Below are positions 51,611 through 63,878 of a DNA stretch of 64,000 nucleotides, in pieces. The stretch's first letter is position 1. Every line of letters starts with the position of its first letter. The notes beneath the pieces were generated by a model that saw only the letters and a program-made list of their open reading frames with translations, searched no databases and was not told the origin of the DNA. Both the position numbers and the translations under genes were made by a program. Source of the stretch: Octopus sinensis (lineage: Eukaryota); the NCBI RefSeq assembly GCF_006345805.1, contig NC_043022.1, positions 5,642,001 to 5,706,000 on the forward strand, written 5' to 3'.

Positions 51611-51649
51611 ACTTGAAACCAATGATTTTATCTCAGAAGAAACATTAAC

Positions 51650-51790
51650 TCTATGTGAAGTCCTTCAAAGAACTACGCTAGAACCACTGCTGTTTGTGGT
51701 AGCTCTCTCAGGCATACCCTCAGTCATACAGTCAGCCACTCATGCCAGATCCACTGATGACATAAAAGAGGCAATAAGCAATCAAAGACC
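51650..51790 (+). mobile_element. CR1-type RT fragment
   Basis: Decayed VLQRTTLEPLLFVVALS..PSV.Q.AT..STDD resembles GVPQGT.LGPLLF..ALSD.P...YADD. Confidence 0.55.
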
Positions 51791-52183
51791 TTGATGGTAA
51801 TGACAAAGAACAGGTGAGGCTGGAAATACAATAAATAGGCTAAAGCAAACGACGTGCAAGGACACTGCAGTTCGTTCTGCAAGACATCTTGAAATACCGA
51901 TTTTTCCATCTTTGATCGCATTGTTTACTTAGACGTATTTGCGACACAGGAAACGTTGTTGACTTTCAGTGCTGGCTCTAATTTCTTTAGAATATCCTTA
52001 GAGTTAACTTTAAAAAGTCTGCACAGGAGTGGCAGTGCAGTAAGAAGCTTGCTTCCAACCACATGGTTTCAGGCTCAGTCCCACTGCATGACATCTTCGG
52101 CAAGTGTCTTCTACTATAGCTTCAGGCTGACCAAAGCTTTGTGAGTTGATTTGGTAAATGGAAACTGAAAGAAGCCTGTCGTG

Positions 52184-52235
<52 letters not shown>

Positions 52236-52729
52236 GTTATTTATTTATGTCTGTGTTTGTCCACAGTCATTTGAGGAATTCCAACACTGCTATGCCATAA
52301 ATAATCTTTTCTACTACAGGCACAAGGCCCAAAATTTTTGGGGGGACGGTCAGTCGATTAGATAGACCCAGTATACAAATGGTACTTAATTTATCGACCC
52401 TGAAAGGATGAAAGGCAAAGTCGACCTCAGCAGAATTTGAACTCAGAACGTACAGACAGACGAAATACCGCTAAGCATTTCGCCCAGCGTGCTAACGTTT
52501 CTGCCAGCTCACTGCCTTGCTTTACCATAAATATTATCTCAAAGCTACAAAAGAACAAGAAGAAGAAGCTAAAAGGACTGGAACTCTGTTTCCTGGAATG
52601 AAAACATGAAAGATATTGCAGTAACACATGTATATGGAAGATTCTAGAGGATCTAGCATACAACTTTGGGACTAAATGCTGTACTAATCTCTAAACTAGA
52701 TACCACTGCATAGCGCCAAAGTTTCCACC

Positions 52730-52905
52730 CTCCCCATCCAGAGTCTGGACCCAATAATCTGAATAGGGAAGGTGGGACCGTAACAGCTTAGGGTTCAAAG
52801 GCTCACAGCATTCCAATGCATTGCCTAAGAGATCTACATGGAGTGGGTGGAAATGTATTTAAAATCACTTAGAAATCTTTTCATCTGAGATCCCAGATAA
52901 ACCTA
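52730..52905 (+). mobile_element. CR1-type LINE 3' fragment
   Basis: Decayed SLGFKG.Q..N.LP..DL.GV....FK..L..F.S..PD.P motif. Confidence 0.5.
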
Positions 52906-53149
52906 TATCTTAGTAAGGAACACAAATGAAAGCAGTGATATCCAGCTAACAAATTCTCCAAAAACCAACCAGAGAGAGAGAGAGGGCTGAATAAATAAAT
53001 TCAAAGTAGCATTAATGGCGGTGCTCCAGCATGGCCACAGCCAACAAGCTGGAACAGATAAAAGAGAGAGTATGTGTATCATCATCATCATTTCATGTCT
53101 GTTGCCCATGCTGGCATGATATATATATAGATATATATATATAATATCA

Positions 53150-53375
53150 CATGTGATCTCTTAAGCCCCACAGCTTTCTTCAAATATTGTCTCCTCTGTC
53201 TTCCCTCCTTGGGATCTTTCCTTCTCTTGTTTTTCCGACGAAGAGCTCTGCTCGAAACGTAAACCCTCCTTCCCTTCTTTCCTGAGCGTCCATATACTTT
53301 AATTGTTCCCGTCCTCGCGTTGCTGTGTTTTTTTCTGTGTTTCCTTGTTTTTCTTGTTTGGATTAACTATATATA
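53150..53375 (+). mobile_element. Penelope-like pLTR remnant with a variant hammerhead motif at 53229-53264
   Basis: CCGACGA-A-GAGC-TCT-GCTC-GAAA-CG-TA; related copies at 46238-46330 (+), 54160-54300 (-) and 38950-39050 (+). Confidence 0.55.
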
Positions 53376-53444
53376 TATATATAGTGTTTTCTGTTCATCA
53401 GTGTATTTAGTATATGTTCATATGTTTATTTTCTACACATTCTT

Positions 53445-53483
<39 letters not shown>

Positions 53484-53539
53484 CACATATATATGCCTCA
53501 GTCCACTTATGCATACCTTTCCTTCTTGGGACACAAAAC

Positions 53540-53985
53540 TCTACTTGTGAAGACCTGTTGAGGCAAGTGAAAATCAAAATCGATCACATCAATGAAATGG
53601 TAATTCTGCGATACCAGTGCCGGTGGCACATAGAGAACCATCTAACGTGGCCGTTGCCCGCCGCCCCAACTGGCCTCCGTGCCAGTGGTACTAAAAAGCA
53701 CCATCCATCGTGGCCGTTTGCCAGCCGCACCTGGCCTCCATGCTGGTGGCACATAAAAAGCACCATCCAATCATGGCCGTTTGCCAGCTTCGTCTGGCAC
53801 GTAAAAAGCACCCACTACACTCATGGAGTGGTTGGTGTTAGGAAGGGCATCCAGCCATAGAAACACTGCCAGATCAGACTGGGCCTGGTGCAGCCTTCCG
53901 GTTTCCCAGACCCCAGTTGAACCGTCCAACCAATGCCAGCACGGAAAGCGGACGCTAAACGATGATGATGATGATGATGATGATA
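53540..53985 (+). mobile_element. SINE-D with multiple internal repeats
   Basis: Family body and gacgctaaacgatgatgat tail. Confidence 0.85.
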
Positions 53986-54563
53986 TATAGGTATGTCATA
54001 TTTTCCATTGTATTTTTATTTAATCCTGAAAATATTATTTGTGTAATGCATGCACTCATTAATATTTTACCCATTCCTAGAAATATTCATAGAATATATA
54101 TATATTTTGTTTCCTGTAAATTCAAATTATATATATAATTTGAATTTACAGGAAACAAAAGACGAAGACAAATTTAGGAGCAACAAGCCGGTGAATTAAT
54201 TTGACAATCGGTAAGAATGGAAAAGCTTTTGACATTCCAAGTCTATGCTCTTCGACAGAAAGAATTGAGAGGAAAGCAAACAAAGAGAGAATGAAAACAA
54301 CAGATATATATATATATATATATATATATTGATAAAACGGTAAGATAACAAAAGAAAGAAAGAGACCTCAATATTATGTAAATAGAGGAAATTTATCTAT
54401 ACAATAATATGTTACATTACTCGTAGTCAGAGATAAATGCTATCGTTTGAAAACACTAGCGTTTTCAAATAGCCAGATAACCGAAGAGATGGTGTTGTGG
54501 ATTTCCACTTCGGCATCTGAAACCTCAGAGTTTTATCTTGACTATCGAGTAATGTAACATATT

Positions 54564-54603
<40 letters not shown>

Positions 54604-56185
54604 TATATACCATTAAGGACTGAACACGAAAGGGTGACAGTCAACATGCTAGATATAGACGTCAAATCGCCATTCTCCACAAGGATTATGTTCTCAAATA
54701 AAAATAAAATTCAGCACGACCTAAAGCAATGGATGAGACAAAAGAAATATACTACCCTTAATTTCTACCCTTAATTTTTAAATATATATATATATATATA
54801 TATATGTGCTAAGAAGAGGTGCACAGTACCAGAAATTATGACCTCAGTCAAGTGTGGTAAACGAAATCCTTGTTGGAGTATCTGCCAAAATGGAATCGAA
54901 ACCAGTTGGTCTGTATTGGCATTGAGTCGTATTAGTTGTGATAATGAAGTCAAAGCAAAAAGTGATATTTTGAAATCATTTAACATGTACATTATGTATG
55001 CATCATCATCATCGTCATCATCGTCATCGTCATCATCATTTAGCGTCCGTTGTCCATGCTGGCATTGGTTGGACGATTTGACCAGAGCTGTCAAGCAGGA
55101 AGGCTACACCAGACTCCAGTCTGATTTGGCATGGTTTCCTACAGCTGGATGCCCTTCCTGACACCAACCACTCTGCAGAGTGTAATGGGTGCTTTTATGT
55201 GTCACTGGCACAAGTGGAATTTGTGTGACACCAGTATGTGCCACAACTGTGGTTTTACTTGGCTTGACGGGTCTTCTCAAGTAGGACATAATGCCAAATG
55301 GACTCGGCCATTGCCTCTATGAGGCCCAACACTTGAAGACTGGTATAATGCTAAATGGTCTTGGTCCTTGCCTCTATGAGGCCTAACACTCAATAGGTGC
55401 CTTTATGTACCACTGGCACAGGTGCCATTTCCGTGACACTGGTATCTACTAAGAAAACCTGAATGGTACATATCAAATGATTTCAAAATATTACCATCTG
55501 GTTTAACTTCACTATATATGTGTGTGTGTGTGTATCAAACCAAAATAATTTGTGTGTGTGTGTGTGTGTATCAAACCAAAATAATTTGTGTGTATATGTA
55601 TATAATTGTGTAGAATAGTATAGTTTTCATGAAACAGTATCTCATACATAAATGTTTTTAATTATATTGTTTTTAAAGCCAAAACAATGCAATTTATAAA
55701 ATGGAAATAAGCTTTATGGAGAAAAGTTGGTATTCACTAAGTTTTCTTTCCTGGATACCAACAGTTCCTGAAGAAGATGTCCTAACCCCAAAATATTGAC
55801 ATATCAGGTAGAACTATCAACCTACTTTATTTTTAGGAACTGCATTGTTTTGGCTTTTCAAAAATAAAATATAATCGCAAACACTTAATTATAATTATGT
55901 GTTCATGTATACATGATCTGTATCTATGTGTCTATATCTTTATAGATAAATATAAAGTAAATATGGGTGTGAGTGTGTGTGCATGTATATATATATATAT
56001 ATATATCATAAACATACATACACACATACATTATGTGTGTGTGTATATATCAGAATATCTCATCATAATACATCATATTGCAGCACAATACATACATTAT
56101 TACATTAACATACATTTATATATCAGATACAGGTACTTACTATATTGCTAAGAAAGCTGTAATAATATAAAACACATATGCTTCC

Positions 56186-56220
<35 letters not shown>

Positions 56221-56531
56221 GTGTATATGTATATGTGTGTATATATATTAAAATGATACAACATCAACATTATTGAAGTAGAATGCTACACCAAAGTGAA
56301 GATAATATAAGATATGAAATAAAAAAATTGCTGAAGAGTTATATACCCAAGTGGCGAGTGTATATAAATTTGGTTTGTTGAGGTAATCAGTGAATCTATC
56401 GGGTTAACAATGTTTCATTCATTGGGAAGCAAGGCATGTTGATCCAGAAGGTAAAAAGATCCAATAACTTTGGTTGCTTCACCGAGAAAATAATAGAGAA
56501 TTATGGGAAAAAAAAATTCTTCTTCACTTAC

Positions 56532-56562
56532 CTCAATCCTTTTTTCTTTTGTGTGTGGAGAT
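56532..56562 (-). CDS. Candidate 31-nt micro-exon
   Basis: atttttggtctttaccaacag|ATCTCC...GATTGAG|gtaagt; good acceptor and perfect donor in unique sequence; two frames open. Could be a UTR exon. Confidence 0.3.
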
Positions 56563-56961
56563 CTGTTGGTAAAGACCAAAATATTGGGGGGTGGGGGAGA
56601 TGGAGGAGGAGGCGGAGGAGGAGGTTGAGGTGGGGGTGATGCTGTGATAAAAGGAAACGGCTGCAGAACCTGACAGAAATAGAAGAAAAAGATGGATTAA
56701 CAAACAGTTATTTCACATTCCTATACAGATTATATACACACACATACACACATGCTCACATACATGTATGGATGCATGTATGTGTGTGTGTGGTGTGTGT
56801 GTGTGTGTGTTGGTGTGGTGAGTGTGTATATATGTGTATCTGTGTTTATATATACATATATGTATGGATGTATATATATATTTATATATGTACATTCATG
56901 AATGTATGTGTATATAGATATATATGCATATATATGTGTGTGTGTGTATGTATATGCAATA

Positions 56962-56997
<36 letters not shown>

Positions 56998-57137
56998 CAT
57001 ACACACACGTGTGTGTGTACATATGTGTGAGCATTTATATATGTTTATGTGTAGTTGTGTGTGTGTGTGTATGTGTGTGTATTCACATGCATATATATAC
57101 AGTTTCCCAAATGGTAAATGAATTCATTCACAAGGCC

Positions 57138-57169
<32 letters not shown>

Positions 57170-57203
57170 GCATAAACATACACACACGCATAAACATACA
57201 CAC

Positions 57204-57303
57204 NNNNNNNNNNNNNNNNNNNNNNNNNNNNNNNNNNNNNNNNNNNNNNNNNNNNNNNNNNNNNNNNNNNNNNNNNNNNNNNNNNNNNNNNNNNNNNNNN
57301 NNN
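57204..57303. other. Assembly gap (100 N)
   Basis: Run of N. Confidence 1.
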
Positions 57304-59358
57304 GTGTGTGTAGTTTTGTGTGTGTGTGTGTGTGTAGTTTTGTGTGTGTGTGTGTGTGTAGTTTTGTGTGTGTGTGTGTAGTTTTTGTGTGTTGGTGTAT
57401 TTTTTGTGTGTGTGTGTGTGTAGTTTTTGTGTGTGTGTGGTGTGTATTTTGTATGTGTGTTTGTGTGTAGTTTTGGTGTGTGTGTGTGTAGTTTTGTGTG
57501 TGTGTGTGTAGTTTTGTGTGTGTGTGTGTGTAGTTTTTGTGTGTGTGTAGTTTTGTGTGTGCGTGCATAGTTTGTATGTGTCTGTGTGTGTTCACGTGTG
57601 TAGTTTTGTGTGTGTTTGTTTGTGTGTGTATGTATGTAGTTGTATGTGCATGTGTACACGTGTGCGTGAATGTATGCAGGTGTGTGTGCGTATGCTGTGT
57701 GTAGTTCTGAGAGTATGTAATTGTGTTGCATGTAGCTGTGTGCGTATGTGTTAAATATGTATGTATGCAGTTCTTTTATTTGTTTATTTGTTTCCAGACA
57801 TCTGACTGTGGCCATGCTGGAGCACCACCTTTAGTCACAACAAATCAACCTGAGGACTTATTCTTTGTAAGCCTAGTACTTACTCTATCGATCCTTTTTG
57901 CCAAACTGCTAACGTTGTGGGACATAAACACACCCCAGCATTGGTTGTCAAGCAATGGTGAGGGACAAACACAGACACACAATATATCTCTTATATAAAA
58001 GGCATATAATATACATATATATATATATAATATACATACGACAGGCTTCTTTCAGTTTCCACCTACCAAATTCACTCATAAGGCTTTGGTCGGCCCAAGG
58101 CAATAGTAGAAGACACTTGCCCAAGGTACCACACAGTGGAACTGAACCTGGGGCCATGTGGTTGATAAGCAAGCTACTTACCACACAGCCACATGTAATT
58201 GTGTGTGTGTGTGTGTGTGTATGTTGTAGAATAATTGTTGACTAATGAAGGCATGTGAGTTAGAGGTTATTTGGCTCATGTTTCTTGAGAACGAATTGTG
58301 TCCTTGAGCAAGACACTTTATTTCACTTTATTGCTCCAGTCCACTCAGCTGGCAAAATGAGTTGTACCTGTATTCGAAGGGGCCAGCCTTGTCACATTCT
58401 GTGTGTCACACTGAATCTTCCTGAGAACTACATTAGGGGTACATTTTGTCTGTGGATACTCAGCCACTTGCATGTTAATTTCACGAGCAGGCTGTTCTGG
58501 TGATCGAATCAACTGAACCCCTCATCATCATCATAACCATGGAATGCCAGGTTTTTTTGTGAAGGTAGATGGCTTTGTGGTTAAGGATCATGATCAAAAG
58601 GTTGTGAGTTCAATACCCAGCAGCACATTGTGGCCTTGAGCAGACACTTTATTTCGCATTACTACTCCAGCCCCCTCACCTGGCAAAAACAAGTAGTACC
58701 AGTAATTCAAAGGGTCCAGCCTTGTCACATTCGGTGTCACACTGAATCTTCCTGAGATCTACATTAAGGTACACATGTAGATTTAGGCGCAGGAGGGGCT
58801 GTGTGGTAAGTAGCTTGCTAACCAACCACATGTTCCGGGTTCAGTCCCACTGCGTGGCATCTTGGGCAAGTGTCTTCTGCTATAGCCTCGGGCCGACCAA
58901 TGCCTTGTGAGTGGATTTGGTAGATGGAAACTGAAAGAAGCCTGTCCGTATATATGTATATATATATGTGTGTGTGTATGTGTTTGTGTGTCTGTGTTTG
59001 TCCCCCTAGCATTGCTTGACAACCGATGCTGGTGTTTTATCTTCCCCAAAATTAGCGGTTCAGCAAAAAAGAGCCGATAGAATAAGTACTGGGCTTACAA
59101 AGAATGAGTCCCGGGGTCGATTTGCTCGACTAAAGGCGGTGCTCCAGCATGGCCACAGTCAAATGACTGAAACAAGTAAAAGAGAAAAAGAGAAAAGAGT
59201 ATGTCTGTGGAGTCCTCAGCCACTTACACGTTAATTTCACAAGCAGGCTGACCCATTGATTGGATCAACTGGGACCCTCATCATTATCATCATCATCATC
59301 ATCATCATCATAACCACTGGAGTGCAAACATGGATGTGTTTGTATGTTTGGTGTTTAA

Positions 59359-59575
59359 CCCTTTAGTGTTTAAACCAGCCATATCCGGCCCAATATATTC
59401 TACATATTTTATATTCAAACTGGCCATATCTAGCCTCTCACACCTAACCTACAATGCCATTCTAAAAATAAACATCACATCATTGAAACCTCAAAGCTAT
59501 AAGATAATGCATGATTAATTCAAAACAATTTGAGAAAAGTATTACATTTAACAGAGTAATCTGAACACTAAAGGG
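59359..59575. mobile_element. piggyBac-type MITE (duplicate at 63130-63350)
   Basis: TTAA TSDs; 12-bp perfect TIR ccctttagtgtt/aacactaaaggg. Confidence 0.9.
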
Positions 59576-59884
59576 TTAAACTCAATGCATTCATCTGTTA
59601 CTGTTGTGTGTGTGTGTGTGTGTGTGTATTTACGTTTATGTGTGGGGGCTTATTTGCATGTGCAGGTGTGAGTAGTTGCTAATGCGTATGAATATACGCT
59701 TACTCTGTGTATGTATGTTTATTATTAGGTGTTCATGTTGTGTATATGTGTATTTATTTGTGTGTGTGTGTGTGTGTGCGCGTGCACAGCCTTGTATGAC
59801 TGACCATGTTTACATGTCTATATACTTCAGAACATTCTTGCGGACATGCAATTATATTTATGTTTACATCATGTTTCCATGTGT

Positions 59885-59955
<71 letters not shown>

Positions 59956-60520
59956 TTCATTATCATCATCCTTTAACATCCGTTTTCCATGCTGGCATGG
60001 GTTGGATGGTACAACTGGAGCTGGAAAGCCAGAGAGCTGCACCAGGCTCCATTCATTTGCTATGGATTGGTTTCTACAGCTGGAAGCTCTTCCTGACACC
60101 AACCAATTTACAGTGTGTGCTGGGCTCTTTAAATGTGGCACCTAAACATATTATACCATATTTATTATATTTGTTGTGTCTGGGGAGAGTCATTCTCTTT
60201 TAATGCCTTATTATTTAACACACTCACGGTTAAAGTTTCCACTCATTTACTTATTTATTTGCAACAGGACTGAATGTGCTATTCAGCACCAGTATTGTTA
60301 GAAATAAGAGTCAAAACATCTCATAACCACAATAAAACACTGCCTTGTATACTGACATGGGAGACATTATGTGGCTGTGAGTTGTTTTGACTCCTATTTC
60401 TAGCAATACTGGTGCTAAAAGTGCCCTCAGTTGCTTAGTGACATATATATTTTGCCTTCAGTTTGAAAAATTGCTAACAAGCCCTACTATATTATTATAT
60501 ATTATATCTTTCTCTTTCTC

Positions 60521-60857
60521 TTTTACTTGTTTCAGTCATTTGACTGCGGCCATGCTGGAGCACCGCCTTAGTCGAGCAAATCGACCCCAGGACTTATTCT
60601 TTGTAAGCCCAGTACTTATTCTATCTATCGGTCTCTTTGGCCGAACCGCTAAGTGACGGGGACGTAAACACACAGCATCGGTTTGTCAAGCAATGCTAGG
60701 GGGACAAACACAGACACACAAATATACACACACATACATATATATATATATATCACATATATACACAGGCTTCTTTCAGTTTCCGTCTACCAAATCCACT
60801 CACAAGGCATTGTCGGCCCGGGCTATAGCAGAAGACACTTGCCCAAGATGCCACGCA
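60521..60857 (-). mobile_element. SINE-A, 5'-truncated
   Basis: Young body, cut at aagatgccacgc. Confidence 0.85.
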
Positions 60858-60956
60858 TATATATATATATATATATAATATATCTATTATAATATATATA
60901 TTATATATGTATATAATAAAGAGTGTTTAGTTTTTCTTGAAGCATTGTAATATCAA

Positions 60957-61229
60957 AGAAGATAAAAAGAGAGAAAACAGAAAAGGTTCTGAGAATGTGG
61001 GAGTTTTACACAAAACCTTGTCTATTTCAGGCACAAAGGCCCATCCTCAGAAGGAAAGCAGTCTGAGAATGTCCAGTTATTTGAATGGGTTAATGGAACT
61101 GTATAACTGGACATTTACCAGACTGTTTTCCTTCTGAAGATGGGCCTTTCTGTCCTGAAATATAAAAGGTTTTGTGTAACTCCCCACACATTCTCAGAAC
61201 CTTTTCTGTTTTCTCTCTGTTTATCTTCT
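60957..61229. mobile_element. Fold-back (inverted pLTR-like) element carrying a hammerhead motif in each arm
   Basis: Arms 60957-61080 and 61103-61229, 22-nt loop; CTGAAGA..GAAATATA on + at 61134-61164; CTGAGGA..GAAATAGA on - at 61050-61021. Confidence 0.7.
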
Positions 61230-61769
61230 TATATATCTATAAATGTACGTGTGTGTGTGTGTGTGTGTGTGTGTAGTTTTGTGTGTGTGTGTGTGTGTGT
61301 AGTTTTGTGTGTGTGTGTAGTTTTGTATGTGTGTGTGTGTAGTTTTGTGTGTGTGTGTGTAGTTTTGTGTGTGTGTGTGTGTAGTTTTGTGTGTGTATGT
61401 GTATGTAGTTGTATGTGCATGTGTACACGTGTGCGTGTATATATGCAGGTGTGTGTGCGTATGCATGTGTGTAGTTCTGAGAGTATGTAATTGTGTATGC
61501 ATGTAGCTGTGTGCGTATGTGTTAAATATGTATGTATGCAGTTCTTTTATTTGTTTATTTGTTTCAGACATCTGACTGTGGCCATGCTGGAGCACCACCT
61601 TTAGTCACAACAAATCAACCTGAGGACTTATTCTTTGTAAGCCTAGTACTTACTCTATCGATCCTTTTTGCCAAACTGCTAAGTTGTGGGGACATAAACA
61701 CACCAGCATTGGTTGTCAAGCAATGGTGAGGGGACAAACACAGACACACAAATATCTCTTATTATAAAA

Positions 61770-61807
<38 letters not shown>

Positions 61808-63378
61808 CGACAGGCTTCTTTCAGTTTCCACCCACCAAATTCACTCATAAGCCTTTGGTCGGCCCAAGGCAATAGTAGAAGACACTTGCCCAAGGTGCCA
61901 CACAGTGGAACTGAGCCTGGGACCATGTGGTTGATAAGCAAGCTACTTACCACACAGCCACATGTAATTGTGTGTGTGTGTGTGTGTGTATGTTGTAGAA
62001 TAATTGTTGACTAATGAAGGCATGTGAGTTAGAGGTTATTTGGCTCATGTTTCTTGAGAACGAATTGTGTCCTTGAGCAAGACACTTTATTTCACTTTAT
62101 TGCTCCAGTCCACTCAGCTGGCAAAAATGAGTTGTACCTGTAATTCGAAAGGGGCCAGCCTTGTCACATTCTGTGTGTCACACTGAATCTTCCTGAGAAC
62201 TACATTAGGGGTACATTTGTCTGTGGAGTACTCAGCCACTTGCATGTTAATTTCACGAGCAGGCTGTTCTGGTGATCGAATCAACTGAAACCCTCATCAT
62301 CATCATAACCAATGGAATGCCAGGTTTTTTGTGAAGGTAGATGGCTTTGTGGTTAAGGATCATGATCAAAAGGTTGTGAGTTCAATACCCAGCAGCACAT
62401 TGTGGCCTTGAGCAAGACACTTTATTTCGCATTACTCCAGCCCCCTCACCTGGCAAAAACAAGTAGTACCAGTAATTCAAAAGGGTCCAGCCTTGTCACA
62501 TTCGGTGTCACACTGAATCTTCCTGAGATCTACATTAAGGGTACACATGTAGATTTAGGCGCAGGAGGGGCTGTGTGGTAAGTAGCTTGCTAACCAACCA
62601 CATGGTTCCGGGTTCAGTCCCACTGCGTGGCATCTTGGGCAAGTGTCTTCTGCTATAGCCTCGGGCCGACCAATGCCTTGTGAGTGGATTTGGTAGATGG
62701 AAACTGAAAGAAGCCTGTCGTATATATGTATATATATATGTGTGTGTGTATGTGTTTGTGTGTCTGTGTTTGTCCCCCTAGCATTGCTTGACAACCGATG
62801 CTGGTGTGTTTATCTTCCCCGTAAATTAGCGGTTCAGCAAAAAGAGACCGATAGAATAAGTACTGGGCTTACAAAGAATGAGTCCCGGGGTCGATTTGCT
62901 CGACTAAAGGCGGTGCTCCAGCATGGCCACAGTCAAATGACTGAAACAAGTAAAAGAGAAAAAGAGAAAAGAGTATGTCTGTGGAGTCCTCAGCCACTTA
63001 CACATTAATTTCACAAGCAGGCTGACCCATTGATTGGATCAACTGGGACCCTCATCATTATCATCATCATCATCATCATCATAACCACTGGAGTGCAAAC
63101 ATGGATGTGTTTTTATGTTTGGTGTTTAACCCTTTAGTGTTTAAACCAGCCATATCCGGCCCAATATATTCTACATATTTTATATTCAAACTGGCCATAT
63201 CTAGCCTCTCACACCTAACCTACAATGCCATTCTAAAAATAAACAATCACATCATTGAAACCTCAAAGCTATAAGATAATGCATGATTAATTCAAAACAA
63301 TTTGAGTGGAAAAGTATTACATTTAACAGAGTAATCTGAACACTAAAGGGTTAAACTCAATGCATTCATCTGTTACTG

Positions 63379-63416
<38 letters not shown>

Positions 63417-63543
63417 TTACGTTTATGTGTGGGGGCTTATTTGCATGTGCAGGTGTGAGTAGTTGCTAATGCGTATGAATATACGCTTACTCTGTGTATG
63501 TATGTTTATTATTAGGTGTTCATGTTGTGTATATGTGTATTTA

Positions 63544-63577
<34 letters not shown>

Positions 63578-63679
63578 TGCACAGCCTTGTATGACTGACC
63601 ATGTTTACATGTCTATATACTTCAGAACATTTTTGCGGACATGCAATTATATTTATGTTTACATCATGTTTTCATGTGT

Positions 63680-63711
<32 letters not shown>

Positions 63712-63794
63712 TGTGTGTGTGTGTGTGAGTGTGTGTGTGTGTGTGTGAGTGTGTGTGTGTGTGTGAGTGTGTGTGTGTGTGAGTGTGTGTGTGT

Positions 63795-63825
<31 letters not shown>

Positions 63826-63838
63826 AGTGTGTGTGTGT

Positions 63839-63878
<40 letters not shown>

